Assembly: GCA_023515725.1 (NCBI GenBank)
Contig: JALDTO010000098.1
Span: 1,762,164-1,826,163 of the forward strand
DNA: 64,000 bases
Direction of reading: 5' to 3'
DNA from: Amoeboaphelidium protococcarum X5
Lineage: Eukaryota > Fungi > Aphelidiomycota
Under the pieces are notes generated by a model. That model saw only the letters and a list, made by a program, of their open reading frames with translations. It did not search any database and was not told where the DNA came from. Shown here piece by piece: positions 15,056 through 26,475 of this stretch (positions are counted from its first letter, which is position 1; each line of letters starts with the position of its first letter). Position numbers and translations under genes: made by a program.

Positions 15056-16777
15056 ATGACGCTGCTGTATAGCATAAATAATTATAATAATGATGATACT
15101 ATTATCGGCAAGAGGTTTGAACATCATGGCTATCTGGGAACTGTGAAATATTATGGTAAACTGCATCCAAGATAAGGTGAATAATTGTGGTTCGGTGTGG
15201 AATGGGATGATCTCAGTCGTGGTAAACACAATGGCAACGTAGATGGTGTATAATATTTTCAATGTAAATAGAATGGTGCTGGTTCATTCATTAAAGCATC
15301 TGTGAATCTAGATTTTGGTCGAGACTTTCAGGAGGCTTATCAAGAGAAGTACTTGTAATCATTCCATATTGAATGTGAAAGATTTGGCTCTGTTAATGTT
15401 GACACCTCTCTGCTGCGATCCCATATAAAATCTATTCAAACAGTAGATCTAAGTAGGTGTCGCGTATCATCTCTTGATGGACTTTTATAGTCTCTTTAAA
15501 TGTAGAATATCACTAATGGGAAAGCTTGTATGAATGTTCGTGATATTCACCATCTAGATCTGTCGTACAATTTGATTAATGATTTGTCTCTGGTAATTTA
15601 GTGCTGCCGCCATCTTACCAACTTGAAGGTGCTCAACCTATCTGGCAATCGTTTCGATCCTTTGTCTCATGTCAGAGATGTGCAATAATTGATTGTTAAT
15701 TCAAGTGTGGAAACTCTGATTCTGAATAATGTTGATCTATCGCCTCAATCTCTATAAGTGATCTTGGATGGTCTACCTAATGTCCGAGAATTGCATCTGG
15801 ATCGTAATAACATTGGCGATTAGATTTAAGAATTCTCTGTACTATTACAATTCCATCGGATATAATACCTTAGTCTCTAACGGAACTCTATATCAGATAT
15901 GGCGCGCGTGGTGTCTTGGGTATCTCGTCACTTTCCCAATCTGCAACATTTAGAGTTGTCTCACAATGAACTGTAAATGGTTGGAACTATCCCTTGTAGT
16001 CTTGATGATTTATGCAAGTTGAATATATCACATAATAAAGTCTCAACTTGGAGTGAAATTGATCATCTCAATCGCGCATTTCCTAATCTGGAATGGCTCA
16101 AAATAGTTCACAATCCATTGATTGATGGCGGTAATGGTGAACTTTGTGGTAATGCTTCGGATGAATCTTATGATCGATTTATGAACATTTGTATCGCACG
16201 GTGCCCCAAACTTTAGCATCTCAATGGAGTGTAAATACAAGAAAAGGCTCAAAGTAAGAGACTTGGCTATTCCAGACGCGATTCTGAGCTGTACTACTTG
16301 AGTGTAATTGAGACGGAAGTACAAGCTTTAGTATAGAGGTATTCTGAAGAACAATCATAATTAGTGGATTAAAGTGAGTTTAATGAGGCTATTACGCGAT
16401 TAAGATTGAGTAATTACCGATTGGAAGAACTTTGTTCAAAATACTTTAAAGACTTGATGATTCCAAATGATATCAGCCAAGTAAAGTCAATAAGCAAAAG
16501 TACCGCGAATCCCAACATGATATCTGTAATTGCTAGTATAGGAGAAGATATAAGTGCTAATAACACTGTAAGAATCTAATTATCTAAGCACACACCTGTT
16601 AAAATTCTCAAACTTCATTTGAAGAGAAAGTTTGCTCTTTAAGCTGGCTGTCACGTAGACTTGCTGTATGAAGTTCATCCTGAAATCAAAGAACCTCTTA
16701 AAGATCATCATTAAATTGGATTCTATATGTAAATTGGGTAGTAATCTTTCGAGTGCGAAATGCGAATAAAGCAATGA
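15056..16777 (+). CDS. TBCE: Tubulin-folding cofactor E (CAP-Gly + LRR + UBL), 573 aa
   Basis: GTVKYYG...WFGVEWDDLSRGKHNG followed by LRRs (LDLSYNLI, LNLSGNRF, LELSHNEL). Confidence 0.9.
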
Positions 16778-16873
16778 TCAGAGCTAAATGTACAATAAAG
16801 TATAAATAAATGCAAACTTTAAAATGGCCCTTGATAAGTAATGAGTAATCGAATCTATTTAAAGAGATTTCAA

Positions 16874-17206
16874 TCAGTCGAATAGACCGAATCCCATGTC
16901 ATCGTCACTCTCCTCTTCCTCCTTCTCGGCAGCCTTCTCCTCAGCCTTGTCAGCGGAGGCACCAGCACCAGATGAACCAGAAGCGGCACCACCAGCAGAC
17001 ACAGAGACGGAAGCAACGGAAGCCAACTTGGAGTTACCCTCAGTGATCAGCTGTGCCAGATCCTTACCCTCCAGAGCGGTGAACAGGGCGTTCAGACGGT
17101 CATCAGCAACTTCAGCACCGACGCTGGACAGAATGGCCTTGACCTTGTCCTTGGTAGGAGCCTCTTCGGTCAGAGAAGACAATAAATATGCAGCCAAGTA
17201 CTTCAT
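16874..17206 (-). CDS. RPP2: 60S acidic ribosomal protein P2
   Basis: MKYLAAYLL...[13 protein letters not shown]. Confidence 0.98.
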   Translation of the reverse strand: MKYLAAYLLSSLTEEAPTKDKVKAILSSVGAEVADDRLNALFTALEGKDLAQLITEGNSKLASVASVSVSAGGAASGSSGAGASADKAEEKAAEKEEEESDDDMGFGLFD

Positions 17207-17531
17207 TATTATTATTCAATATTTTTTTTAGACGAGATTTAAAATTCACCAGGTAAAGTCTTTAAAATGGCTTTCCTCGACGCGTAAGTCAATTAAGGTG
17301 GGGATATAAGAATAAGATTACGAAGAGGGTGATCAGCGAAAATTTCAGTTTTCCGTCAAATCTTAGAAATTTCGGTCGCGTTTAACCTTACACTGATTGA
17401 TTGATCGCTCCACTGATCGCTCGTCAGGAACGATAAACGAGCGAGTGACTAGAACAAAGGCGAGATCGCGTCATTGTCACGTTTGAAGATATATATGTAA
17501 GCTAGAGGATATAACTCTGCACAAGAAAGAT

Positions 17532-18362
17532 ATGCGTACGCTCCTTATAGTAACGGGTGCGTCTAGAGGATTCGGACGGCAGATTGTTTTATAAAGTCCA
17601 TTCTTAAGTTCGAATACTGTTAACACTGAACTCCTATTAATTGCACGGAATGTACAGTAATTGAAAGGGTTATAGTAAGAAGTTAAATCTATGAAGTCAA
17701 ATGTAAAATGCCACATTCTTGGTCTCGATCTATCTGGTCCCTAATGGTAAAGTGGGTTTGAATAATCACTGAAAGATCTTCTTGAAAGAGCGAGCCGAAT
17801 TTTTCTGTTTCACAATGCTGGATCTTTGGGGCCGTTGGTGAGAGTGCAAGATCTATACAGGCATTCTGATGAACTGACTCAGGTTGTGAACTTGAACTAT
17901 CAGTCAGTCCTCGTAATGACATCTATAGTGATGGACATGTGCATACAGTAAGATGGATTACAGGAATTATTCATTGTGAATATTAGTAGTCTGGCTGCAG
18001 TTGCACAGTTTGACGCGTGGTCAGTGTATGGCTCTTTAAAGAGTGCGCGCGACCATTTTATTAAATCAGTTGCGGAAGAGTATTCCATACAACAGTCCTC
18101 CACTGATAATAAGAAAATTAAATATCAGATTAAATGTCTAAATTACGCTCCAGGACCATTGTCTGGCACTGATATGTAGCCACTGATACGTAGTTCCATG
18201 CCTGGTGATTCTCCAGTGTTGAAGCAATTCTTAGATATGCATTAGTAGAACGAATTAGTCGAAGCATCCGACAGCGCGCGCGTTTTATGGAAACTATTAC
18301 AGTCTGATCAGTTTACTAAAGGAGAGCATGTAGACTACTACGATGTTAATAATAACAAATGA
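17532..18362 (+). CDS. SPR: Sepiapterin reductase-like SDR, 276 aa
   Basis: TGASRGFG, NISSLAA, YGSLKSARD, LNYAPGPL..TDMQ and C-terminal GEHVDYYD. Confidence 0.8.
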
Positions 18363-18407
18363 AATGTTATTTTTTGAAGATAATTTTCTATGCATATAAA
18401 TTTATAT

Positions 18408-19139
18408 TCACAAAGTGTTTGCATTATTATCCAGAACTCCGAGATAATCCTCTCTCATTGTGCCGATGGCGAATATTTCATTGGCGTCCAGACGCGTACC
18501 CACAATCCTCACTCGCACCCAACGTCCGCTCTCTACGCGGACGGATCCATCATCATTTACATAAGCAGATCCACCACCCAGATTCACCATCTGACTTTAT
18601 TAAATAGTATCATCGCCATCTCCGCCACCATCCAATTCCATATTAGAACCGAGATCTCCGCCTATAATACCTCCACCACCACCCTCATGAAACTCCAAAT
18701 CAGCTGGAATCAGGTGTTTACTCACAAATATCTAGAGTGGACCAGCATGGGCAAAAAATCCCATTTTATTCACAGCACCCACCAGACAGTCTATAACTTC
18801 ACCTTTGAAAGGCTTAAACAGGATAGCCTTATATTTAACGTGATAGAATGCTGATCCTGCAGATTAAGATAACAAATTAGAAGCAGGAATCTCTCCATCA
18901 GACACCTCCTCCACCTATGCAACTGCGATCTAATATCCGTACCGTCCAGTGCATCCCATAGCAGAACCAACAGTATTCAGTGAGCTTTATCCGAGATTGG
19001 TGGCTGCCGTTTATTAATTTAAAGTGTGTGCAGATTTGATCATCTGTGTGAGTTTGTCCGCAATCGTCCCTTTAATATCTGGCCCAAATTCACAAGGCAG
19101 CACTTCCACTCTCTATGTCAGCGATTTCAAAAAGAACAT
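18408..19139 (-). CDS. RPB7: RNA polymerase II subunit RPB7 with two insertions, 243 aa
   Basis: MFFL..., [41 protein letters not shown] and VRIVGTR...[12 protein letters not shown]. Confidence 0.93.
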
Positions 19140-19324
19140 TTTATAACAAATATAATTCAACGCTGTAATTAATGGATGCAGTATTAGCCAATGCTTTCGA
19201 GTAAGAACTAAACGAAATCGGAGAACTGCGAGAACGAACAGAATAGTACGCGCTCGCTGAGAAGATCGTCTCCTCATCTTTAATCTCGTAAAGTTTACTT
19301 GGAACAAAGAAGTAGGAGGATAGT

Positions 19325-19939
19325 ATGGCTAACTAAGCATAAAAGAAAATTATACAATAGAACGCATAGCTGCTGTCACAGTTAAGAGTACTGCTTCTAA
19401 TAACCGTCGTACTGAGTTTCGCTCTTCGATTATTGCTCATAGCTGTGTATCGCTCCTCTTATAAAGCCGCGTGGACTCCATTGATTGTACTCAGTGTGAG
19501 CTCTATTGTCGCGCTAGCCTACCTGCACTATGCATCAAGACCTTTCAGAAGTCAATCTAGTGCCGATAAACAGATAACCAGTCTCAACCTGCATGAACCT
19601 ACACTGATCGCTGAGCTATGCATTGATGGTTTATACCTGGCGGTTCTGGTGTTTATATTCTCACCATTTAATGAAACTCTTACGTGGACTCTGCCGTAAT
19701 TCATAGTGGGAACTCAGCGAAGAGTTGTGCTTAACATCTGGTCATTGTTCTGGTTTCTACCACTGTACGCCTTGTTTAGAGTCGCGTCATCTACACTGAA
19801 ATTTGTGTCCACTGTCAAATAGATGATGCCTGGTGCCATGCTCTAATAATCAGGCTCCCAGGAGACGATGAAGAGCAAGACGCAATAGAAGAAGGAGGCT
19901 AGAAGAAATAGCAACAATCAACGCGTAGTTTAAAAATGA
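19325..19939 (+). CDS. SND2/TMEM208 (DUF788)-like ER membrane protein, 204 aa
   Basis: MANQAQKKIIQQN start, TM helices, and basic tail KSKTQQKKEARR. Confidence 0.7.
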
Positions 19940-19991
19940 TATAAAAAGTCGATAAAATTCTTTATGAAATTAGCATATTAATTTTAGATTT

Positions 19992-21016
19992 TCACCTGGT
20001 CATTTACTATTATTGCATTAAATGCTGCCTTAGAGCCAAAACTTGTTACTTTTAATCAGCAGGTAGAGCATTGATCTGTGCATCTGTAAGTTGCATAATC
20101 TACATTATAGCCTACTGCTTTGGATCAACTTATTGACCACCACTAGAAGGCTACTATTATTGCTAAGGTGGCGCGTATTGCTGCTACAAAGAATTAGGCG
20201 GTGCCATACCCATAGGTTGTTATTAATGCTACTACTATTACTATACGGGACCACCACCTTAGAGTACACTCTGCATTGTATTCTAACCAACTACACCCAT
20301 CAGCATGAGTGATTGAAATACAGCATAACACACCATTGGATTATTGACTAGAATACTTCGAGCCAGATCATAATTGGTGTGAACCAGAGACTTTAACTGA
20401 CTCAGCAAATCATATAATTGACTAGGAGTAGATTGAGAGAGTAGCGCTTGTATAGCATCTTCTGTAGGAGCAATAGGCATCATTGGGGGCTATTACTACT
20501 ACTATTGTTATTATTACTATTATTGTTGCATAGGAGGCATTTGCTGAGGATACATTCCAGGCATTTGACCATACTATGGCGGCATCATGGGAGGTTATTA
20601 CTACTAAAACTATTGGTACTACTATTACTACTACTGTGCATGACCACCAGCAGGAGGAGTCTTTTCCGCAGTTGCATCATCAACACTGTAATGTACACGC
20701 AAAGGACGCCCCAATAGCTTCTCGCCATTCAAATTCCTCACTGCACTCTCCGCCGTGTCAAAGTCATCATACTCCACGAATCCGTATCCTTTGTACCTAC
20801 CCGTGTCCTTGTCTGTCAGAATCCTCACACTTCTCACGGGCCCGACACGTCCAAAGATCTCCTGCACCATGGCCTCTGTGATATCCTAATTCAAATTTCC
20901 CACTACATATTGGATTAAGTATATATATATAGTCACATAATGAGCATAAAAATTAATAAAATTTAAAACTTACCAAATATAATACGATTTCTAGGCTTAT
21001 TATCGTTTCCAGGCAT
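19992..21016 (-). CDS. RNA15: Cleavage stimulation factor CstF-64/Rna15 (RRM, hinge, C-terminal domain), 317 aa; intron 20903-20973
   Basis: RIIF/VGNL is joined across a GTAAGT..TGTAG intron. Also DKDTGRYKGYGFVEY, SAVRNLNG, hinge QLYDLLSQLK and C-terminal MQLTDAQINALPADQK. PolyQ tracts are encoded by TAA/TAG. Confidence 0.92.
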
Positions 21017-21232
21017 AGCTATATTGTATAAAAAGTGTATTAAAGCAGCAAGACGTACTCAGCTAACAATGTTTAATGTGAAGAAAGAGAAAAGCGCGAG
21101 ACAACGAACGACGAGCGAGAAGATTATCATCAGACGCGTTCTATCATAAAAGATCATTCTTGTAATAGGAGCTTTGCGTAAACATTAAGTGTATTTAGGA
21201 GCGAACCATTAAGAAAACTAATTTCAATAAGT

Positions 21233-21840
21233 ATGGACCATTTGGACGCGTTGAGGTATAGATTCGATGATCTGGAGTAGCATTTGGTTGATGACGATTT
21301 GAACAATAATTCAGGAACCAGTAATAGTCTGATGCAATTGCGTTCTACTGTCAATGCCTGGAAAGAAGTGCAAGAGAAGGTTCGACCATTGTAACAATTG
21401 ATTTCAAAGTTGCGGTAACTCGACACGGTGTTGAATTCTCTGGATGTTGGTGAAGAAGGTGATTAAATTGCTTTGTCTCACGAAGATGATTGGGAACTGA
21501 TTGAAATGCAACGACAAGACATTTTAACTAATAGAGAGAATCTGATTGAATTTTGTCAACTGTTGAAAAAGATTTGTTAGCCTGATCTATTGGAAAGCAT
21601 CGATCGATTATGCCGCATTGATTATGATTGTAAGTCTTATTCGTTCTGCTTTTTTGTACTAATTAATATTATTCTTATGATGATCGTGTTGTAGATGTTC
21701 AAGTTAATAAAGTGATAGAAATGTTTAACACTTAACGGCATTAGTTCTAAGACGTGACGTTAATATAAAAGCGTGTTGAGAATTTGTTAGTCAATTATGA
21801 ACGTTACGCGTCGTTGTTGAAGCAGTTGAATACTGAATGA
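21233..21840 (+). CDS. Coiled-coil protein, possibly dynactin p22/p24 (DCTN3)-like, 180 aa; intron 21630-21694
   Basis: A GTAAGT..TACTAAT..TGTAG intron gives an intact ORF. Size and LDALRYRFDDLEQHL...RVENLLVNYERY resemble DCTN3. Confidence 0.55.
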
Positions 21841-21918
21841 ATATTATTAATAGTTGCCACTTGTAATAACATTAAATTCATTTTTATTTATTCCCATTGC
21901 ATTACACTAACCAGTACA

Positions 21919-24681
21919 TCAGTTATAAGCATGCTTTGATGTCATTGTTTCCAGGATTACTATGGCGTAAGAGTACACATCCGCCAGATAAAACATTTGC
22001 GGATTTTCTCGTCTTGTACCTCTGAACATCTGCAAGATTTCTGGACTTGCATAAGACAAAGATGCGCCCTTCAATTGACTAACCTGCATGGCTTTGACTT
22101 TCAATGACTGTTGATCAATGATTCTTGAAATTCCAAAATCCGTCAACACTGGAAACAACCTACCATCAGAGTCAATGTTCAGCAAAGCATTGTCTGGCTT
22201 GATGTCCAGATGAGCCACTCCATTAGCATGCATCAATGTCAGAGCTTAAGCCAACAATTTCAGAATGTAAATAAACTGGCGTTTACTGTATGGAAACTGA
22301 CGGAGTTGCAAGGATTCGTGCCTCTTGAATAAGTAAGAACCAAGTGATCCAAACTCGTACTGCATCATCAAAATACCGGCTGGTTCTTCAGTATACGCAT
22401 ACAAGCGAGCAAATCTTGGATCGTCTCTGAACCTGTACATTATACTTAGCTCTTACGTAAAAGATACCCGCATCAATTCATTCAACTCCATTAATTTTCT
22501 ACCGACCGACTTGAACACAATAGGCACCCCAGGGTCAACCATATTCCGAAACAGCGGATTTATAACCTGCGCCTGGAATATAGTACCGTTGCCACCTTTA
22601 GCAATAGGTTCTCCTATTCTAAAGTCTATACCAAACCTTGCAAGCATAAAGGCTGGAATTGCGATAACATGAGCAGTTGCAACTTACGTGTACATACTAT
22701 TCGATGTGTTCTGAGTAATTTATGTAGCCATACCATTTTAATACGATGTTCCATACCAAGGCTGTGATGACGTAGTACTGGAGATACTCTGGCGCACCTT
22801 GGATGTAAAGCGCGACTTTCGCTGTCGGTGATGCTTTTACAGCGCAAGTAGAGTCAGAAATAGAACAAAAAGAACAGCCAATATGGAGATAAGAACAAAC
22901 ATAATAGTAGATTCGAAAGATTGTGACTAGTCAACTCCAAAATCTCTATTCCCGGGACTTTGAGTATCAAATGACTCCATAGAGCTTGGTACATGCCACA
23001 CATCTCCACTAGCATGAAAACAATGCGTATTCTGAACCGTAGAACTTGCCGGTGCTGCACTAGAAGGCAATCCAAAATCATCCCCATGGCTAATGGATGA
23101 TGCAATCAAACTTACAGAACTAGAATATGCAAAACTTGCCTTAGGTACTGAGGAGCTTTACGTATAATAGTAGGATGTGGTTAGTAATGATGAGGATAAT
23201 GAAGTCGAATAACTAATGAGTACCTCGCTTGACGTAAACAGAAAGGAAGCAGATGTAGTAAGATCAACAGAGGCACTACCATATAGATTTGTCGTGCTAT
23301 TCAACCCAAAACCATTCAGTGAGGACACTACGCTACCGGAGATGCTATGAGCGGACGATGTTGCAATAATTAATGTAGTCGCCGGCGTGGTAGTTGTGGT
23401 TGTAGGTGTACTAGTAGAAGTCGTCGTGGTCGTAGTAGTAGTCGTGATGCTTGTAGTGGTAGTAGTAGTTGTCGTGGTGCTTGTAGTAGTTGGCGTTGTC
23501 GTTGCAGTCGTCGGAATAATTACTACAGTAGTTTTAGGAGCCATGGTAGGAGGATAACATGCACTGACGGTAATTGATGCCTAGTATGGCTTTAAGGCAT
23601 TCGAATTAACATAAAAACCAGCGCGACCAAAGTCAGCCGTAAAAGTATCATTAGCGCCAACAGCAAATATTGACCGATCATTCAGCAGAGCTACAGAGTT
23701 AAGATACGCTATCACGCCCATAGACGCAGAGTTGCTTTGGAACGAGCCAAATGTAGTCTCCAAAAACACATATGTAGTGGCACCTATTCCATTTACCTAC
23801 TTCCCAACCATTACGTAATGAGTAGACGCGACATCGTAAAAGAAGTCATGACAATAGTCGGCAGCACTAGTTCCCCAAGCCTTAACAAATCCTGAATCCA
23901 GGATACCATTCTAGGAAGGAGAGTAACGCGTCAAAATAAAATCCACATTGTTAGAAGTCTAACCACCAAGTGACCCTTGGAATGAACCAGCGGAGTACAA
24001 GTATCCACCATAATATTTAACGCTGCGATACTCACTAGCAACTGATAATGAAGATGACCAAAGTAAAGTACCATTGATGCCATAACTCCAGATGGCAGCT
24101 CTGTTACTAGCAATACCGACTCCGACTAAAGCTAAAGACGTGTTTCCATAGAGCACAGCATTGTAAACTTGATCATTCACAGCGGCATTTCCAAAAGTCT
24201 TGATAAATTGCACTGCGCCATCACTGGACACAGAAGCAAAAAATCCATCTAAATCAGAAGCCGGGGGTTAACGCGAGACCGCGAGCCAGCCACCAAGAAG
24301 CACTTATCGACTGATAGAGGAGTATTACACAGTGCTGGCAACCGTTGAAGCTGTTGTCGCATTCAAAATCTCAGTTGACCACAGCACTGTACCATTACGA
24401 GCAATTCTTGATACCAACGCATTTGTGCTACCACCACTACCAGTTTGACCTGAAACAAACACATCCTCCGAGCACCAATCCATCGTGATAGCATAAGGCC
24501 AATTTTATTAACCGGAGGGATACTACCAGGTTATGGTCGATAGCACACTTCTATTGCTACCCATAACCAGTATTTAATTCTCATACGAAGGCGATTAGCA
24601 CGCGATAACCGCCACACCATCAGACTACCTGTTCACAACGCTGAAGCAATATCTTTACTGATTTCTGACCGTTTCTGTCAT
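21919..24681 (-). CDS. Receptor-like protein kinase: propeller-like ectodomain, Thr/Ser stalk, TM and kinase, >=920 aa (5' end uncertain)
   Basis: Seven ORF fragments share one frame. TM MFVLISILAVLFVLFLTLLAL. Kinase motifs IAKGGNG, HLDIKPDN, DFG, YASPE and DVYSY. Confidence 0.88.
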
Positions 24682-25006
24682 GATTATAAGAGCTAAAAGA
24701 GTGTTTAATATTATGTGAACTTATATTAGACTTGAAGATTTTAATGTGAAATTAGCACCCAGTGAGAATTTTGACAGACGTTGTCTAAAATTAGACTTGG
24801 CATATATTATCTAGAAGTCTGTTGAATGGACAACCTGAAGCCATCTGAATGGTTCAACCAAATGGTAAATACTAGCATAGGAAAAACAAAAAATCAATAA
24901 TATGAGCCATCATGTTTATTTCTATGATGATTAAACCTAAATATACTGCCTGAATTCTCATAACTGCTACTGCTGTACTGTAGTTGCCGACTTCGAAATT
25001 CTATAA

Positions 25007-26293
25007 TCAATCAATCTCGGGTGGTTCAATATTATCGGCGGACTAAGACTGATTGCTACTTTGCTCTTATTCGGCTGAAGAACTCTGCGACACCTAGCCT
25101 GATCTACTATTATTGTTTACCGTAGCTCCAGTAGAAGGAGATGCGGTGCCAGGTGATTAATTGACAGCATTCACAAACGCGCCGGTCATTGTCTAAAGTA
25201 TACCGTTCAACCAACCAGGTGCGTCTTGAATATCTCCGGCAAACTAAAAACTGGCCGACTATTATTAACCTTATGCTGATTACTACTACTGCTATCCTGA
25301 TGTTTACTAAGATAAATTCTATTATGCTGACTATGTACGCTATTAGCCAGGTTATTAAGCTGTTGGAGAGGTAGCAGGTTACCCTGTGGGTGGAACAACA
25401 GGAACTGGCATAGGTACCGGAAATGGAATGTCCATGGGCAGAGCAGAAGCAAAGACTTGAAATTATCCAACAGATATACCAGAATCAGCACCATGAGCAT
25501 CAGCATGATCCACTGGAATAAACTGAATTTTATCTCTTACGCGATGCAAAACTCCACCTTCCTAAGACAAGGCTATAAACTCTCTATAGAAGGTGAGACA
25601 CTGCGCTCGGATATCAGATAGCTTTTCCTGACAAGTCTCAAATTTCTGAATCTCTTCCAGAACAGAGTTTGCACCATCAGGTATACCAGCTTAGATGGCC
25701 CTTCCAACCTTATATCCAAATCTGTTGGTATAATTAGTTAGACTGACGACGCGTTTCCCCAACAGAACGGCGACAGCTTTATGAACGCGTCCATCAACTA
25801 ACGCAGCCTCTATACCAGATTAGGTGGCCAGATCGCGCTCAACCAGCACTGTGGTATTCTCCTAATTTACGCCAACATTCAACAAGGCACACAAGCTATT
25901 AATCTCTTGATTTATCTGAAAAACCTTGCTGCATACATGACGGATTTATTCCACCTCCTCTTATGATAGATGTAGATCAACCCGCACTTGACTGGCGGAT
26001 TCTCTTGATGGCTCCACATGCTCAGTAATAACAAGATGCAGGACTGATTCATCTTACAATCCGATAGATTCCAGGGTGGAAGACTCATTAACATGTTAGA
26101 TTCCACTTGAACCTGAAGATCGCGATGAAGATTTCAGGATATCGCGCCCTCGCCATAAAATCCTCATACTAGCACTAGCCGACATAGATGCAATCTCATT
26201 TTTAATCACTTCACGCAGACCATTGATAGATGTCTAAGGATCACATTCAACTGTGATGTCAGGTTTATCAATTTATCTGACAATCAGTTTCAT
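25007..26293 (-). CDS. Protein with an N-terminal ubiquitin-like domain and a Q/P-rich tail (BAG6-like architecture), 428 aa
   Basis: MKLIVRQID...MRILWRGRDI...TLESIGLQDESVLHLV. Confidence 0.7.
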
Positions 26294-26475
26294 TGCGGAT
26301 TCCAGGCGGTCTTTTTTATATTTAATTATATTTAATTACAAAGATTACTAAGAAGCAGATTGAAGCCAATCATGAAAAAGATCGGCATTGCAAAGCATGT
26401 GCGCGTTTGACATTATCGGAGTTCATATGAATTTTCGATTGACTTTGATATTACAGCATTTACAATAAAGTAGGC

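Noticed and set aside
17417-17444. 8-bp inverted repeat TCGCTCGT..ACGAGCGA in the RPP2/SPR promoter
   Set aside because: A single short stem with no other support.
23380-23510. GTA/GTG/GTC trinucleotide-like repeat as a satellite
   Set aside because: It is the poly-Thr stalk of the receptor kinase on the - strand.
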